Below are positions 26,746 to 39,853 of a DNA stretch of 64,000 bases, piece after piece. The stretch's first letter is position 1. Each line of letters opens with the position of its first letter. The notes beneath the pieces were generated by a model. That model saw nothing but the letters and a program-made list of their open reading frames with translations. It was not told where the DNA came from and did not search any database. This DNA comes from Ramazzottius varieornatus. Lineage: Eukaryota; Animalia; Tardigrada. The position numbers and the translations under genes are program-made. The DNA lies in NCBI GenBank assembly GCA_001949185.1, contig BDGG01000002.1, forward strand, positions 7,678,448 to 7,742,447, in the 5' to 3' direction.

Positions 26746-28461
26746 GAAGAACGATCTTGTACGTCTCGTTCGCCGGACCTTCATTTCATTGTGGGAAATT
26801 TTGAGGTAGACGTGTTTACACAAAGGTACTTTGCAGGTAGACGATAAGGGGTGACTCTGGGCATGCAATCATGACGATGAGGTGATGGAATGACACCTCT
26901 CCATTGAAGCAACCGTCGGAGCGTTCCTATCAGTTAAAATTCTGTGCACTTTGTCCATCAACAAATAATACTGTCCAAATATTCGAGCTTCAGGCGATGA
27001 TGAATTTGTCGCGCATCACAATAAAACGCATAACATGTAACCATCCACGCCTCGGACATTCCCGGCATAATCGAAACGTTACGGCAGTTCATATCGAACA
27101 AAGAATATACGAGATTCATGGCTGCACCGGTCATCATGAAGCAGGATATCTTACGAATTTTATACGCCCTCACTAAGGAAGAATGCCTTGTCGTGCCCAT
27201 GTCTGTTCACGTGGAAGAACCATTGCCTGTTATCCAACGTGGGGGGAAGCCGTGTGGAGGTGATTGAGCGGTGAGGTTATTCTGCCATATTTCTACGGTA
27301 CATCAGGGCAGAGCAAAGCCGTGCCGGCACCGACTTGACACAATTATTCGTAGAAAAATGGCAGAATCGACTTGCCGCTCAGGATAACTCTACACGGTTG
27401 GGAAGCGAAATGCTTATATTCATCAGTGTGTAAGTATCTCTGGAAAGCTCTCTAAATTTTTCGGTGTTGTTTGAAGGTTCGGCAAGGAATTTCATCACGA
27501 GTTCGCTTCGGCGTGGAGCCATCAGAAGACCGATGAAGATGAGAACACAGCCTGTAGAAACCTTCATTGGGTCCTTATCGGAACAGGAAAGGCAAGAGCG
27601 GACTCAACAGCTCTGTGATTTACTGTATAGCGAACTGAACCTCGGAAAAAAACCTCAAACTTCTGGCAAGGACTTACTCAAGACCAATCTTTTATTGCTG
27701 GCCAAGAACTCCAGTGTACGCATTGCTGTGTTGGATGGCATCCGACTTTTGTTACCAGAAGTGATATGTATCAAAGTGACGGTTCTCTGACGCGTTTCGG
27801 AGCGGCGTATCGTGGTAATAAAGTCATGTTTATTTGTACAAAGGAAAACGGAAAACTTCCACTTGGTACATTACAGAACACAAAAGGGAAGGAAAAACAG
27901 TCAAAGTCAAACAACAAATTAAAACGAGAAATTTACAGGAATTTTTGGGCATTGAAAAGAATACACGGACAGTACTGTACTGTTTTGTCGGACAGTATTT
28001 TACATCAAGGTGGACAATACTTCCATAGGAATTAAACACCACGCGGAATACAGCGGTCCTTGTGGCTTACCAACAGATTGGCTTTTAAAAAAAGACATTT
28101 TCTAATTTCAAAATAAAGCTCACGACCACCGGGGGTTAAAAGTCGTCATTCACACGGCGACCGACAGGCACAATTTCTTTGCTCAGTATCAAACAGAAAA
28201 CTCTGGGTTAAAAACTGTGCAGACTTGCAAACTCCTTTCTACAAAAACTTCCCCTCGAATCCTTCATTGATCCAACTGTACAGAAAGACTTCATCTCTTT
28301 TCTCAGCTGCCACTCCCATTGTGCAACTCCTTTATACCAAGGCTCAAACATCTTTGGTGCCACCAATCTCTCCTTCGATCACTCAACATAAGGGGGCGAT
28401 TCCATTTCTCCTCGGTGGTATTTTTCACCAAGGGGGGACCCTTTGCTCTTTGATTCGTCAC

Positions 28462-31400
28462 TCACAGCATCTGTTCCGGTTCGGAGCAGTACAAGTACGA
28501 CGAGCCATTCTGCCCGTTCAACGAAGCAAAGGACGGTAAAAACCCTCCGTTACCGCCATTCGCCCCCGTCATGCCACTGGATTCATGAAAGTCATCCAAA
28601 AGCATTTCGAACATATGTGGGTCGAGTTGCGACGCCGCACTGAAGAAAGTATCAGAGACATCCATGCTCTGATATAAGTCAGGTTGGAGGAAGCCATTCT
28701 GGCCATTGTTCCTCAAATGAAAACCATCTTGCTCGTTAGTCGCAAAACATTGCTGGAAACTGTCATTCCCCAAGGCCGGCATCACATCTTGGCCGAAAGT
28801 GTTATTCTGCATCAAGTTATCCAGCCAGTTTGACAGATCCGCATCCGTCATATCGTTATTTTGCGTGATTTGTTCAGTCCATAAATTATTATTAATATTA
28901 GAATTTGGCATGGTCTGACTGTAGTCTATCTGTTGAGACGGGTTATTCCACATGTTGTGGTCTTGGTCCATTTCGTGGCTGTCTGCAAGTGAGATTGGCG
29001 ATGTGGTGATGGTCTGTGACTGGTTGAGGTAGTCGTTGTACATGGCCAGCTGAGACTGCAGACTGAGCGTGTCGTTGGAGTCGCCGCTGGTGTTGAGACA
29101 GGAGACGGGCGAGCCGTGGTTGGCTGAAGGACTGATGCTGCTGATGGGCGGTAGTGGACCGCAGGAACTATTGTGACGGGATGAAATGGAGGGAGAAGGG
29201 TTCTGCGGCATGGGTTCGTCGGTTTGGTATGGTGAAGACGACAGACTGTGATTGTACAAGCGGCGTTCGTGGAAGGCACCACTGGATATGGAGGGAAGAG
29301 GCTTGTTGTGCTGAAGAATCTCGCTCTTCGGGATGGCGTCTTGTGCGGCACTGGCTGGCAACTCTGAAAGAACCAATAGAAAACATTACATCAAAAGTTC
29401 TGCTTTCGACTGTGAAGCCCACCGCATTCACAAACCTGCATACACCAACGGACCATTAACAACAGGATCGGAGTATGCAGGTGAATAAATTCACGACTTT
29501 CGCACACCTGGATACACGGGCCCGCTACCTCTGCCCGGTGAATGGGTATGCAGGTGCCTGAACGTCTTAGTAACTTTGGAAATGGGAAAGTCGGTTTGTC
29601 TTACCGCCGTTTCTGATGAGAATTTCCAAGACATCGTCAATAGCTTCGCTCTTGACTCCCCCACCGATCGCCAGACTGAAAGAAGAACGATGGGTGTAGT
29701 TTGCGGGCGACACATTAATTTCCTCTTTCTTGACTTCATTCATGGTGATCGAGCCATCCTCCTCCACGTTACTTTGCTGCTGTAACTGTTGATAGGTATT
29801 CTGGTACCCAGACATGTTTGTGTCTTCATCCATCATCATGGATGAATCCAGGCCAGACCCGTTCGACATGCCCTGGTTCATTTGCGACGGTTGCTGCTGA
29901 AGCGAGAAGGACGGAGAGTTCGATCCGTCAGAGAAGCCATTAGACTTGTCTTCGTGCTTCATCTTTTGCTGGAGGAACTGCTGCAACTTCTGCATCGAGG
30001 TCTGCGGTGAGTCAGCGTTTTGGGTGGGCGGCGAACGAGGCACTGGTGGAGGCTTGGATAGGTTCTCGTTGCTTGAAACCTGCAGAAAGGATACATGTTG
30101 CAATAACCTGCATACAGTGTGCCGTGCTTTTACAATGTCTACCAGATATGCAGGTACGAGAAAAGCTGCTATCATTTTTTTGTTGCAAGAACCTGCATAC
30201 AGCTGGACGGACTTTGACAATGGTCAGCCTGTACGCAGCTGTGAATAGGGACTGGCAGAGGTGGAGTCATACCTGAACGAGACCGTTGATTGAGCCGTTG
30301 AAGCCGTTTACGAGATTCAGCGTGGAATTCAGTCCATTCATCGTGATGATGTACGGCATACTGTTGGTCTGGATTGGTGTGGACTGGAAGGTGAGGCCTT
30401 GGACGGTGCCGTTGGTGGCGGTGGTGGGTTGTGTGGTTAGGAAGATGGTGGGAAGGGCGTTGAGGACGGTGGGTTGTGCAACAGAGCGCGGAGGCTGCTG
30501 GTGCTGAGGATCGACGTCCATTTGAATGTGTAGGTTCTGAATGTGAGGCACGGTTCCATTCTGGTGCACGCCTTTGGCTGCTAGAGCTAAGGTCTGCAAT
30601 GCGATGGCAGTGGCTTGCTGTTGCTGAAGAGGATCAAGTTGCAGGAAGGACAGCTGTGGCTGAGGAGCTGCTTGTGGTTCTTTGGAAGTTTCTGGCTCCG
30701 AACTTGATGCTGAAGAGACTACAAGATACGATGATTAGTGGACAAACAGAACAAACCAAAAGCTGAAAGCAGAGCAGACGAACTCAATATGATTATTTCC
30801 CAAGTGGCGCACGCTTTCAGTGTTATTGGCTGGAAAAAGTGCGCCACTTGGGAAATTCGACATGATTACTGTCCAAGGTGGCGCACTTTAGCGGCGATAT
30901 TGGCTGGAAACGTGAGCCACTTTGAGAACTGATCATGTCAGGTTTGCTTGCTCAGGCACCCAATTATGTTTGTTACCAATTTCCGATGACGACGATGGGA
31001 AAGCGACATCACTCTCACTCTTGACTTCAACCGGTGATTCGGCTGTAGACGTAGCCGGTGATTTCTTTGGCTCGAAGGTGAACTTGTCATCAGGGTTCGC
31101 GTTGAGGTAGTTCCTCAATCTTTCCAGCAAATGCGTCTTCGAACCCGACACCGGCAAGTTCCTCTTCTTCAACTCCACCTTCAGATCGTTCACCTTCATG
31201 TCCTCGGGTTTAAAGGCCGGCTTCTCTTCGGTCTTCACCTCCACCTTAAGCGAGACTTCCTCGGTCTTCTTCGGCGCTGGAGGAGGCACGAGGGTAGTAT
31301 GGACCACCAGCGGAACCGGCGGTGGCGGCGGAATACTGCTTGTTACCACCGGTCTCAATACCGGTGACGATGGTAGCACCGAGGTCAGACTACCCAGCGT

Positions 31401-34400
31401 CACGTTACAGGAAGTTCCCGCTTGACTCTGCGTCTGTGCCGGGAAGGTCAGTGTCATGTGTGTGACTGTAGGTGAAGGCTTCGGTGGGTCAGTGGAATTT
31501 GTCGCGCTTTGAGCGGTATCGTTGGTGGTGCTGTTTGCGTGATTGTTCATAGCCTGTAACCGGGCTTGTCTTCTCTCTGACCGGTATTGACTTTCCAGTT
31601 GCATCTTGAGGAACATTTGCTGTTGTCTCAGATTATTTTCATAGCTAGTACTGTGTAAGCTGGGGTTGTTATCGGGGGTGGCCGGAAGTGACGGCGGGAC
31701 AAGTGCCAGTTGTTCACCAGGGTTATTTTTAGACTGTGACGGTACTTGGCTAGTGTTGTTCTTGCTGGGTGTCACCGTTGGTCCTTTGTACTCGTGGAAC
31801 TTGATGGTCCGTGTCTTTTGCAGGACTGGCATCTTGACGCGGCACTTCTTGCTGCGACGGAGGTTGGAAGCGGACGAAGAGGAGGAAGGACCCTGGCTGG
31901 GTGGCAGGGACGACAAGGCACCAAGACTGCTGGTGCCTGGGTAACCTTGAGCGGCGGGGGAGGCAGCAGACGCGCATGACGAATCGACTTGGACGAGACT
32001 GTTGGCACGCCGACGATCGCTGGCTTGTGAGGTGCCTTGCGCGGCCTGACCGGGTAAGGACGAGACAGAGCTGGCAGGGGAAGGAACGATCGACTCTAAT
32101 GAGGCAGAGGTCGAGGCACTGGTACCCACCGACGCCGGAGACGCCACTTGCAAGTCTGAAAAAACTGTCATAAAACCAGACATTCTTCACTGAGTCAGAT
32201 TATTTTTTAATGTTCGAAAGCAAGAATGTCTAACAGCTTCTTTCGCTTCAAGGAGCCACCTCATCAATCTGCATACATTGGTTGAATATCCAGAAAGATA
32301 ATTGGGAGGATGAAGAAAACCTCCTCAAGACAAACTTGATAGCACCAAATTTCTCCAAATGACGCACGCTTCCAGCCAACAACACTGAAAACGCGCGCCA
32401 CTTGGAAAACAAACAGTCTCATTGAGTTTATTTTCCGAAGGTCTCGAACTTTCATTTCACGATTCCGTCAGTAATTTGAAATATTATCGCGCAATAATGT
32501 TCGATGGGATACAAAACCTGGCGTACCCTTGAGGTTTGATAGTGCACCGGTAGGACTGCTGGCCGTACTGCTGACATCTTCCTCGGTGCTGTACTCCGTT
32601 TCATTTCCAGCCGAGCATGCAGGCTCTCCACCCAGACCACTGCTACTCGCTTCGCTGTGACCGTTTCCGCCTGCAATAAATCAAAAGGAAAACCTTAGCA
32701 TCAGGCTGCCTTTTCATCTCAGTTACTCTAAATACAAAGACCACGAAAGGCTGATCCGCGCGATGAGCAAACAGCTCCATTACCATACAATACTAAAATC
32801 AGCAAACGGCACATGTTGGTTTTTTTTCAAGAGACTTGCCGCCTTCACCGTTGACTTGATGACAACATAGGCCATCCTCAAGTACCCAGCTGACTTCCGT
32901 AGATCTTAGTAGGCCATTTTTCATTTTTTTACGTCTTTGGGAGGCCTGCCAGCGGAATGTACACCTCAAGTGGCGCACGTTTTCGTTGTCACTGACAAGG
33001 CACTTGCGCCAATTGAGACGACGATGTTATGGGTTTGTTATTATTCAGTCTTCGATGGTACTCGTATCCATTGAATTTTGTTTTCTTGGTCAGGCAACAG
33101 TTACGTACCGTCTGTGGAAGTGGTGGATGTTTTGCGGCTGCCATCGCGGTTGGATGGGACAGTTGGGAGTTTGAGAATGTTGCCTTGGACGAGTTCGAGG
33201 GGACCAGGTCGGTGCGCTATCTTGTCGTTTAGGTAATCCGCCAACTTGGCTCTCTTCAGCTTCCTCTGCCGTTCATGCAGTGAGGGTGCTATTTTGGTAT
33301 CTGCAAGGAAAGAGAGAACAGAACATGAACACACAGTCATAACCATCATCAATGTGATTACCGCACACTAGCCCTGGCTCTTCACATCTCATAGTTTGAT
33401 TGCATAGCGCATGCAGAGATCCAGACCGACGATCGCCATCGTCATTGCGCGTCCGCGAACTCGAAAGTCAAATGCCATCAACACACAGGGGTCTTATGTC
33501 TCTGCTGCACCAAGTGAGGAACAGAGACCACTGTGATGTCAGGCCAGCGGTAATATTCCACGCTTCGTTGCTCTTCCAGCATGGCTGTGTGTTTTTGCCA
33601 GACGACAAATTAACTGTACGCATGGCCAAGAAAAGATCAACCTAACATTATCCTGGTCTTAACGCATCCAACTGTTCTTTCGAATTAATCATCTAGCATA
33701 AGAAAAACAAAAACCAAGGGAGAAAGATGTGTCATTCAAATGTCAGTTCTTACAAATTACAAACAGCCAGCGCCCGTCCGAACACGCACTGTACTTCGGG
33801 AAGAGAAGACGTTCGAGCGTCATAAGAAAACTGATAGCTTCTTTCAATCATCAGGAACATCTCGCATTCGCATAGTTACTATCCTGCAGTCCTTGTTCAA
33901 ACTATTGTATACTGCAATTTTTTGGTAGTCGAGGTTCGAAGATCCCAACAGAACTTTCCCCAATGAAGACTCGAACGTCTAACCGATTTTCCGAAGTGTA
34001 AGTTACGGGAGGAAATTTTGTGAGAAGAGAAGCTGGCAAAGGCCCGGAAAGACAACTCGTACCGTACCTTCGAGAATGTGTTGTTGGACGAGGGCTTGTC
34101 GGTCGGGTCGCTTTTCAATCTTGGTTTTGAGGATATCTCCAGTCTGGAAAGGGATCGAAGAACAAGTATGTAATAACATGTCCACATCGTTCAAGAAATA
34201 ACGCGAGCGCTGGACGGAGGAATGTTTGGCCAAGAAAGCAGCAAAGACGCTCGAGTATGCAGCTGAGCCGAGTCAGCCTTCATAACGTTACACGGCCCAG
34301 CTGTACACTCGTCGCAGTCTTCACCACGCAAAAAGTACACATATCCACCGTTTAACAGTTATACACACATACCCGAGCTCGTTCCAGGTGCCGTCGTTGT

Positions 34401-37400
34401 TCGAAGTGTGCTTGCGGTGTCTTTGGAGCTACAAAAGACAGAATATCAATTAAGCTCCGTTTTGTTTTCCAATCAATCCGGTGTTCTATGGCCTATCGTT
34501 TAACATCAACGCCACAAACCATACGTCCTCAATAAGAGACAATAAACCGCTAAACCGCGACGCGTTATCTGTCCTATTTCGCTTAAACTTTCTAAATATT
34601 CTGTGTTAAGAAACTTCTCATAATCAAAACCTTCCCACGTCAAGAGCCGCAACACTTGTGTCAAAATTCTGTCGGCATATTTGATTTCATTCTTCTTCAT
34701 TTGTTGTATAAATTGAGATGAATTATCTAGCCAACTTTCCGCCACTTGCATACATTATCCTCAGACATGATTCTAACCCCGTTCGGGTCGCGCGCTGCTC
34801 AATCTTCCTCTCTGCATACAAGCCCAAGCATGCGCGACTTCAAACGGGTACCCGCACCATTCAACTCACGACCTCCTCTTAAACGCACACTACTTTCGCA
34901 CTTCAAAACAAACAGCTGCGCGAGTTCGCAAAACAGCTGAGGCACCAGAAAGAGCTACCCTGCTTCTTTCGCGCACTTGTGAACAGTCCAAAAATTTTGC
35001 GCGAGTTGACCGGGGTGGCTAGTTGGTCATACCGAACTCTCCATCGTAAAAAATTCAAAGCCGGTTTCTTTCGAGGTTATGATTTTTTTCTAAAATTAGT
35101 TGTTTCCTGTTTACCGCAGATAATATGCTCCAGCAAGCGTTCCGTCTCATTTCCAGCTTTACAACACGGCATAAGCGATCAATTGGTTGAGGATTTAGTC
35201 CACGAAACGTCGCAGTAATGACCATCGATAATCCACACTAGTCCAATTTGGAGATTAAGCGCCGCGTGCGCGTGTGTATCACCTGTTGCCTCCTCGTTTG
35301 CATAGGACGCGCTTTTTCTCGATAAGTGAACTGGTTCGTTTTGCAAATATCAAACGCTATAACGCAGCTAACCAGCTCAGCACAAAAACGTACTGCACGT
35401 CACATTCTCCGCACTTGAAGACCGCTTCTTGACTGCTAGATGTCTCTTCGCCATGCACTCTCTCAACACCAGCAAAGATCGCAATCTCAACCACTGAACG
35501 ATCGACAAAAAATACACATTCGTGAACGAAGAAACGAAGAAGACCAAGAAGATGCGAGCACTGACTGCCCTGCTTCACTCTGCAGTTCAAACTTCGTGTA
35601 CTTCATACGAACTTACGAAATATGGTTTATGGTTCCTCGTACTTGCACTCGCTGTGCACGGCGGAAAGAAACATAACGGCAGCTGCTGCGTTCATACATT
35701 ACTTTACCCTACACATGTCTCAATCAGGCTCATTATTCCATTCACCTTCAGAAAATGTAGCTACCATGCAGATTCATCGTCATAGCGGCCTAAACTATCC
35801 TACGGCAACTTCCCACCTTGTTACATATCTTAAGGCACCTTCGACAGTGTCACCAGCACTGTTGGAGAGAGCCTCCAAAGTCTTTCGCCAGCTGGTCATC
35901 ACATCCCACACCCACATCAAACGATAACTTCGCACGCCCCAGCTGAACCTGCGCACTATATGTTCGGACTAACCAGGAAGCACAGCAAGCAAAACCGGTC
36001 GCGCGCGACTTGATCTGAAGAATCTCACAATTCCCCCACTTCAGATGCGCACCGCACACTGACCTGCGCACTGACCTATAGACCATTGTGTCTGCTTGCG
36101 CGAGTTCAGCTGAACTCACCAGAGAAGCGCGCGTCGCAACAGCTTGTTTTGAAGCTGATACCGACGCACTGTATCAAGAACCGGATACATAAGCCACAAA
36201 GAGCTTACGTTCCTCGAGGAAGCATCTTCTTCCAGCAAAGAGCTCCAACTGGAGTGCAGCACCATCCAATTCGTCAAGGGAAAACATGGCTGCTCAGTGA
36301 CAAGTCCCGTCAGGAATTTATCCTTGTTGACAGGCAGTTCATAATTCTTGTTATGCAGTCTCCCACTGATGAACTGCGACTTACAAGCGAGTAATGTAGC
36401 GTACTAAAAAGATTCCAAGTGAGGAGACTTCTCAAATTTCTCATATATTCGTGCCTGCGCGACTCAAGTCGTTCGCTCATCGCACACCAATGCATGACGT
36501 CGTTAACCATGCCGAAGAGCCCTACGTGAGAACATTCTCTTTTCACACGAGGTCACAGTTCTCACTGTATAATCTCATAAGCCTTTTGAACGAAGAAGAT
36601 ACTGCAAAAGACCCACAGGTGTTAAGCTTGATGCATAGATCAATGCACAAAATGATGTTCGTGACAATGTATGAATACTATACTTGCTTCTTTTCTTCTG
36701 TCCCGCTGGAAGGTTTGACAGTTGAGTGGGCCAGACACACGCTTTTGATTATTCTTGCTGGGCAAGTATACAGCGCGAAAGAAAAGCCAGCGAAAAGACA
36801 AGTCAGCATGATTATTAATTACTCAATCAATGCCGCCTTTGTTATTCCTGACAGTGGCTAAATGCTACCGTTTATAATTCGGCGTTCAGTGCGCCAGCGA
36901 GCTTCGAATGTGATGGCTCATTCCGTGAGCCTACCTCCACCTTTCCTTACGCCACTTTCCCCAAGACGAATTTGTAAACACCACGCAGGGCAACAAGACG
37001 TGAACAAACGACGACCGTTACATATGAGCGTCTTCACAAACATTAATTTCTTTGTCAGGTCCTGTCAAGAGCCGAGTTCTTCGCTATGAGCCCACAGAAG
37101 ATTACAAACGCATTAGCACCATTCTCCCGACTCGTTCACGCAGAAGCAATGTATGCAAGCCTTCCGAACTTGTCCATCGTTTCTTCACTTACTTGATCCG
37201 TTCATCAACTTCAAACGAATCATCGAAAACTTCGGGAAATTCCGCTACACGATAGAATAAACGTCAATAATTCACTCACTCCCTTGCCCAGGTCAGTCGA
37301 CGCACACTTCGTCTGAGTAAAGATATTCCTCTTAGCACGAAGCGAATGCTCTGTGGAAAAACCTCCAAAATGCATACGGGAATTACTTCTGGTAGTCGAG

Positions 37401-39853
37401 TATGCAGCCCGGAAGTTTCCCATATCAATCAGAAAAATCTAACAACCATGCAGGATTTCAGTAAAAATCGGCAACTTCTGACTCACCAGAATTCATCATG
37501 AGGGAAATACCTCATGGCAGATTCTTTGAGTTTGAGGTCTGTCTTATGAGTAAGCATCGGACATGGGTCGTCGTCAAGTCGAACGAGAAATGCGAATTTC
37601 ATAGGTCGATTAGCTGTTCAAGACGCCACGGGTCGGAAACCACTTGGCACCTTCCAATTATCCACCGGCAGTAGCTTAACAACGTTAACCATGACCGACT
37701 CACTTCTTTTGTGTCTGTTTTTTTGTGCCTCATCTCAAGACGACTGTCTCGAATCACGGTAAAAACTAACAAGTTCTTTCAAGGTACACTATCGTTACGT
37801 TGACGTTACCCCTTTGCTAATTAATGCAAATCAACTCGACAAGTTCTTCGATCGGGGTCAGAAACCAAATCGTGAACCTCGCTTCACTTTGAACGCGATC
37901 AAAGCCGTGAGGCACACTATCTCTTCTTCGTCTTCTTCATCGCCGGCATCTTTTCCATCTCTGTTGCGGATAAGCATGCCGGCAATGTCGACTCGCTCTT
38001 GGACTTCCCGCTGAAGTGAACAGCAGCATTTCATCAAAAGCCAAGACAAGCATTAAATCATGAGAATACCAAATGTCACTCACACACACCAATTATCCAA
38101 AGCCCTATCTCATATTTCTTCCAAAATACTGCCACAAAGCAACGCATCACTTCCCACGCAGCAAATTAAAAACCTCAGGAAACGCCCTTAGTGAATTTTT
38201 CGAATAGGCCTTCGGAAATGGACGTCCAACCAGAGATCTTCAAATGGAAGCTCGGCAAACAAAAAGACACGATCGTTGTTCCAAGGGACGCACATGTATA
38301 GTGTTGTTAACAGCAACCGTGCGCGACTTGGAAAATTGTTTGCAAACAATCGGTTGTAACACCTCTAATTTTTTCAACTTAATTTCCAGACTTCTGAGCT
38401 TCCCAGGTTGAGTTTTCATCGGTGGGATGTTCCTGCAAACTAAAATATGGGTCAAATGTGGTGTTGTTTAAAACCCAAAACACGAACGATAATGCGTGCA
38501 AGGTTTACTTTTTTTTCCACAGATGATGCAGGTCGAAGGCCCACATTTTTAACTGGAAGATACCCGGCATTCCTTTGAGTGCACTGGGACAACAGCTGTT
38601 GACTCTCAGCTGCCAGGCGCAACAGGCGTTTACCACTCGTCAGTATTGACTGTACGGCAAAACCCGCAAAACGGAAGCTTCTCCAATTATTCTTCCGCAC
38701 AACTGACACAACTCTTGGCACCATAAGGCTAATCAGCTCAAGCTGCAAAGTCCTCCCTTCGCTTGAACTGGGTCCTGGTGAGAAGCAAGAAAACTCGATC
38801 AGCTACGGAAAAAGATATTTTAAGACCTCTACCGTCCCTCGTCAGCCATTTCTGCTGAGCCGGCTGCTTCTTCCACCACGCAAAGTGCCTCCGCGTGTGC
38901 AAGAAGTGAAATAACAGGCTGCATGCTCAGCCTCAGCAGACATGGAACGTCACTGAAAAACCACACGACGAAGCAAGGATGGAACAAGAAAGCCGAACAG
39001 AGCTTGAAAGTCTCAATTTCCTCTACTTCGCGGTCTCAAAGCCACTGCGTCTACCGAGCCTCGGAACCCTGCAAAACAAGAGAAGACGAGTCGTCAACAG
39101 AGGCAGAAACCTGAATGTTCCACTTCGACAAATTCCAACGGAAGCTTGCCACTTGATTGTTGATTGGAAAACCTTCATTCATCCGGAAGTTAGCCCAGTT
39201 TTCTACACTCTTGGGACCTTCCCCCTGCTTTCCTTCGTCCTTCCGCACTTGAAACCTTAGAAAAGCAGCCGTTGGCACGAAACCGAAGTTTCGAGCTTTC
39301 TAGCATGCACTACAAAGAGTCATAAAACAATCACAGCCATCTGGAGGCGTTCTGCTCATAAACGCGACAACGCATTCAACCACACGACGAGAACCAAACG
39401 ATTTCGAGTTTCGTGCATATTGAGCAGGCATAAACGCGACCAGGTTGACCCACGGTAATAATTATTCCCCTGCGCTTGCACAAAAGTATAATTTTCTATT
39501 TGACTTACGTGGCATAATTCCCTGATCCACAAGTTGATTGACTGGTCGCCGTTGCATAAGCTTCACTTTCAGCGCTGCAAACACACAGAAAACGTCATCA
39601 GCGTACTCAAAGCTAACATTAAACATCTCGGAGAAGAACACCTACACAGCTTGTTCTTGTCCCGTTGCTGCTGAAGGGAAGTTTCGTCCACGGAATACTG
39701 AGGCGATCCTTGAGGAACAGATGGGCTGCCTGCTGTCTGTCCGGCATGTCCTGGTCCTTCGGCGGCATCCTCTTTGGCGTCCACGTTGTCCGACTGTACG
39801 CCAGAGGTGTGAGGTTGGAGCTCCATAGAGCGCTCGTCCATTTCTTCGCCCAT
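28462..39853 (-). CDS. MRTF: Myocardin-related transcription factor
   Basis: Three RPEL motifs (LKVKLMQRRPVNQLVDQGIMP 39574-39509; KIEKRPDRQALVQQHIL; KIAHRPGPLELVQGNIL), basic B1 box TRTIKFHEYKGP, Q-rich segment, SAP domain MKVNDLKVELKKRNLPVSGSKTHLLERL, IDDVLEILI motif, acidic C-terminal activation region. Confidence 0.93.
29434..29555. repeat. Family-2 palindromes, tandem pair (MRTF intron)
   Basis: ACCTGCATAC-N29-GTATGCAGGT (29434-29482) and ACCTGGATAC-N30-GTATGCAGGT (29506-29555). Confidence 0.85.
30106..30240. repeat. Family-2 palindromes, tandem pair (MRTF intron)
   Basis: ACCTGCATAC-N30-ATATGCAGGT (30106-30155) and ACCTGCATAC-N30-GTACGCAGCT (30191-30240). Confidence 0.85.
30801..30923. 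repeat. Family-1 palindromes, tandem pair (MRTF intron)
   Basis: CAAGTGGCGCAC-N26-GTGCGCCACTTG (30801-30850) and AAGGTGGCGCAC-N25-GTGAGCCACTTT (30875-30923). Confidence 0.9.
32356..32404. repeat. Family-1 palindrome copy (MRTF intron)
   Basis: CAAATGACGCAC-N25-GCGCGCCACTTG. Confidence 0.85.
32967..33015. repeat. Family-1 palindrome copy (MRTF intron)
   Basis: CAAGTGGCGCAC-N25-TTGCGCCAATTG. Confidence 0.85.

Noticed and set aside
27464-27790. Protein-like ORFs at 27464-27790, 47934-48449 and 63320-63872
   Set aside because: No recognisable family or consistent exon structure; cannot be supported without a database search.
32267-32317. Possible further family-2 copies (32267, 37368)
   Set aside because: Right arm too degenerate (32267) or spacing wrong (22 bp at 37368).
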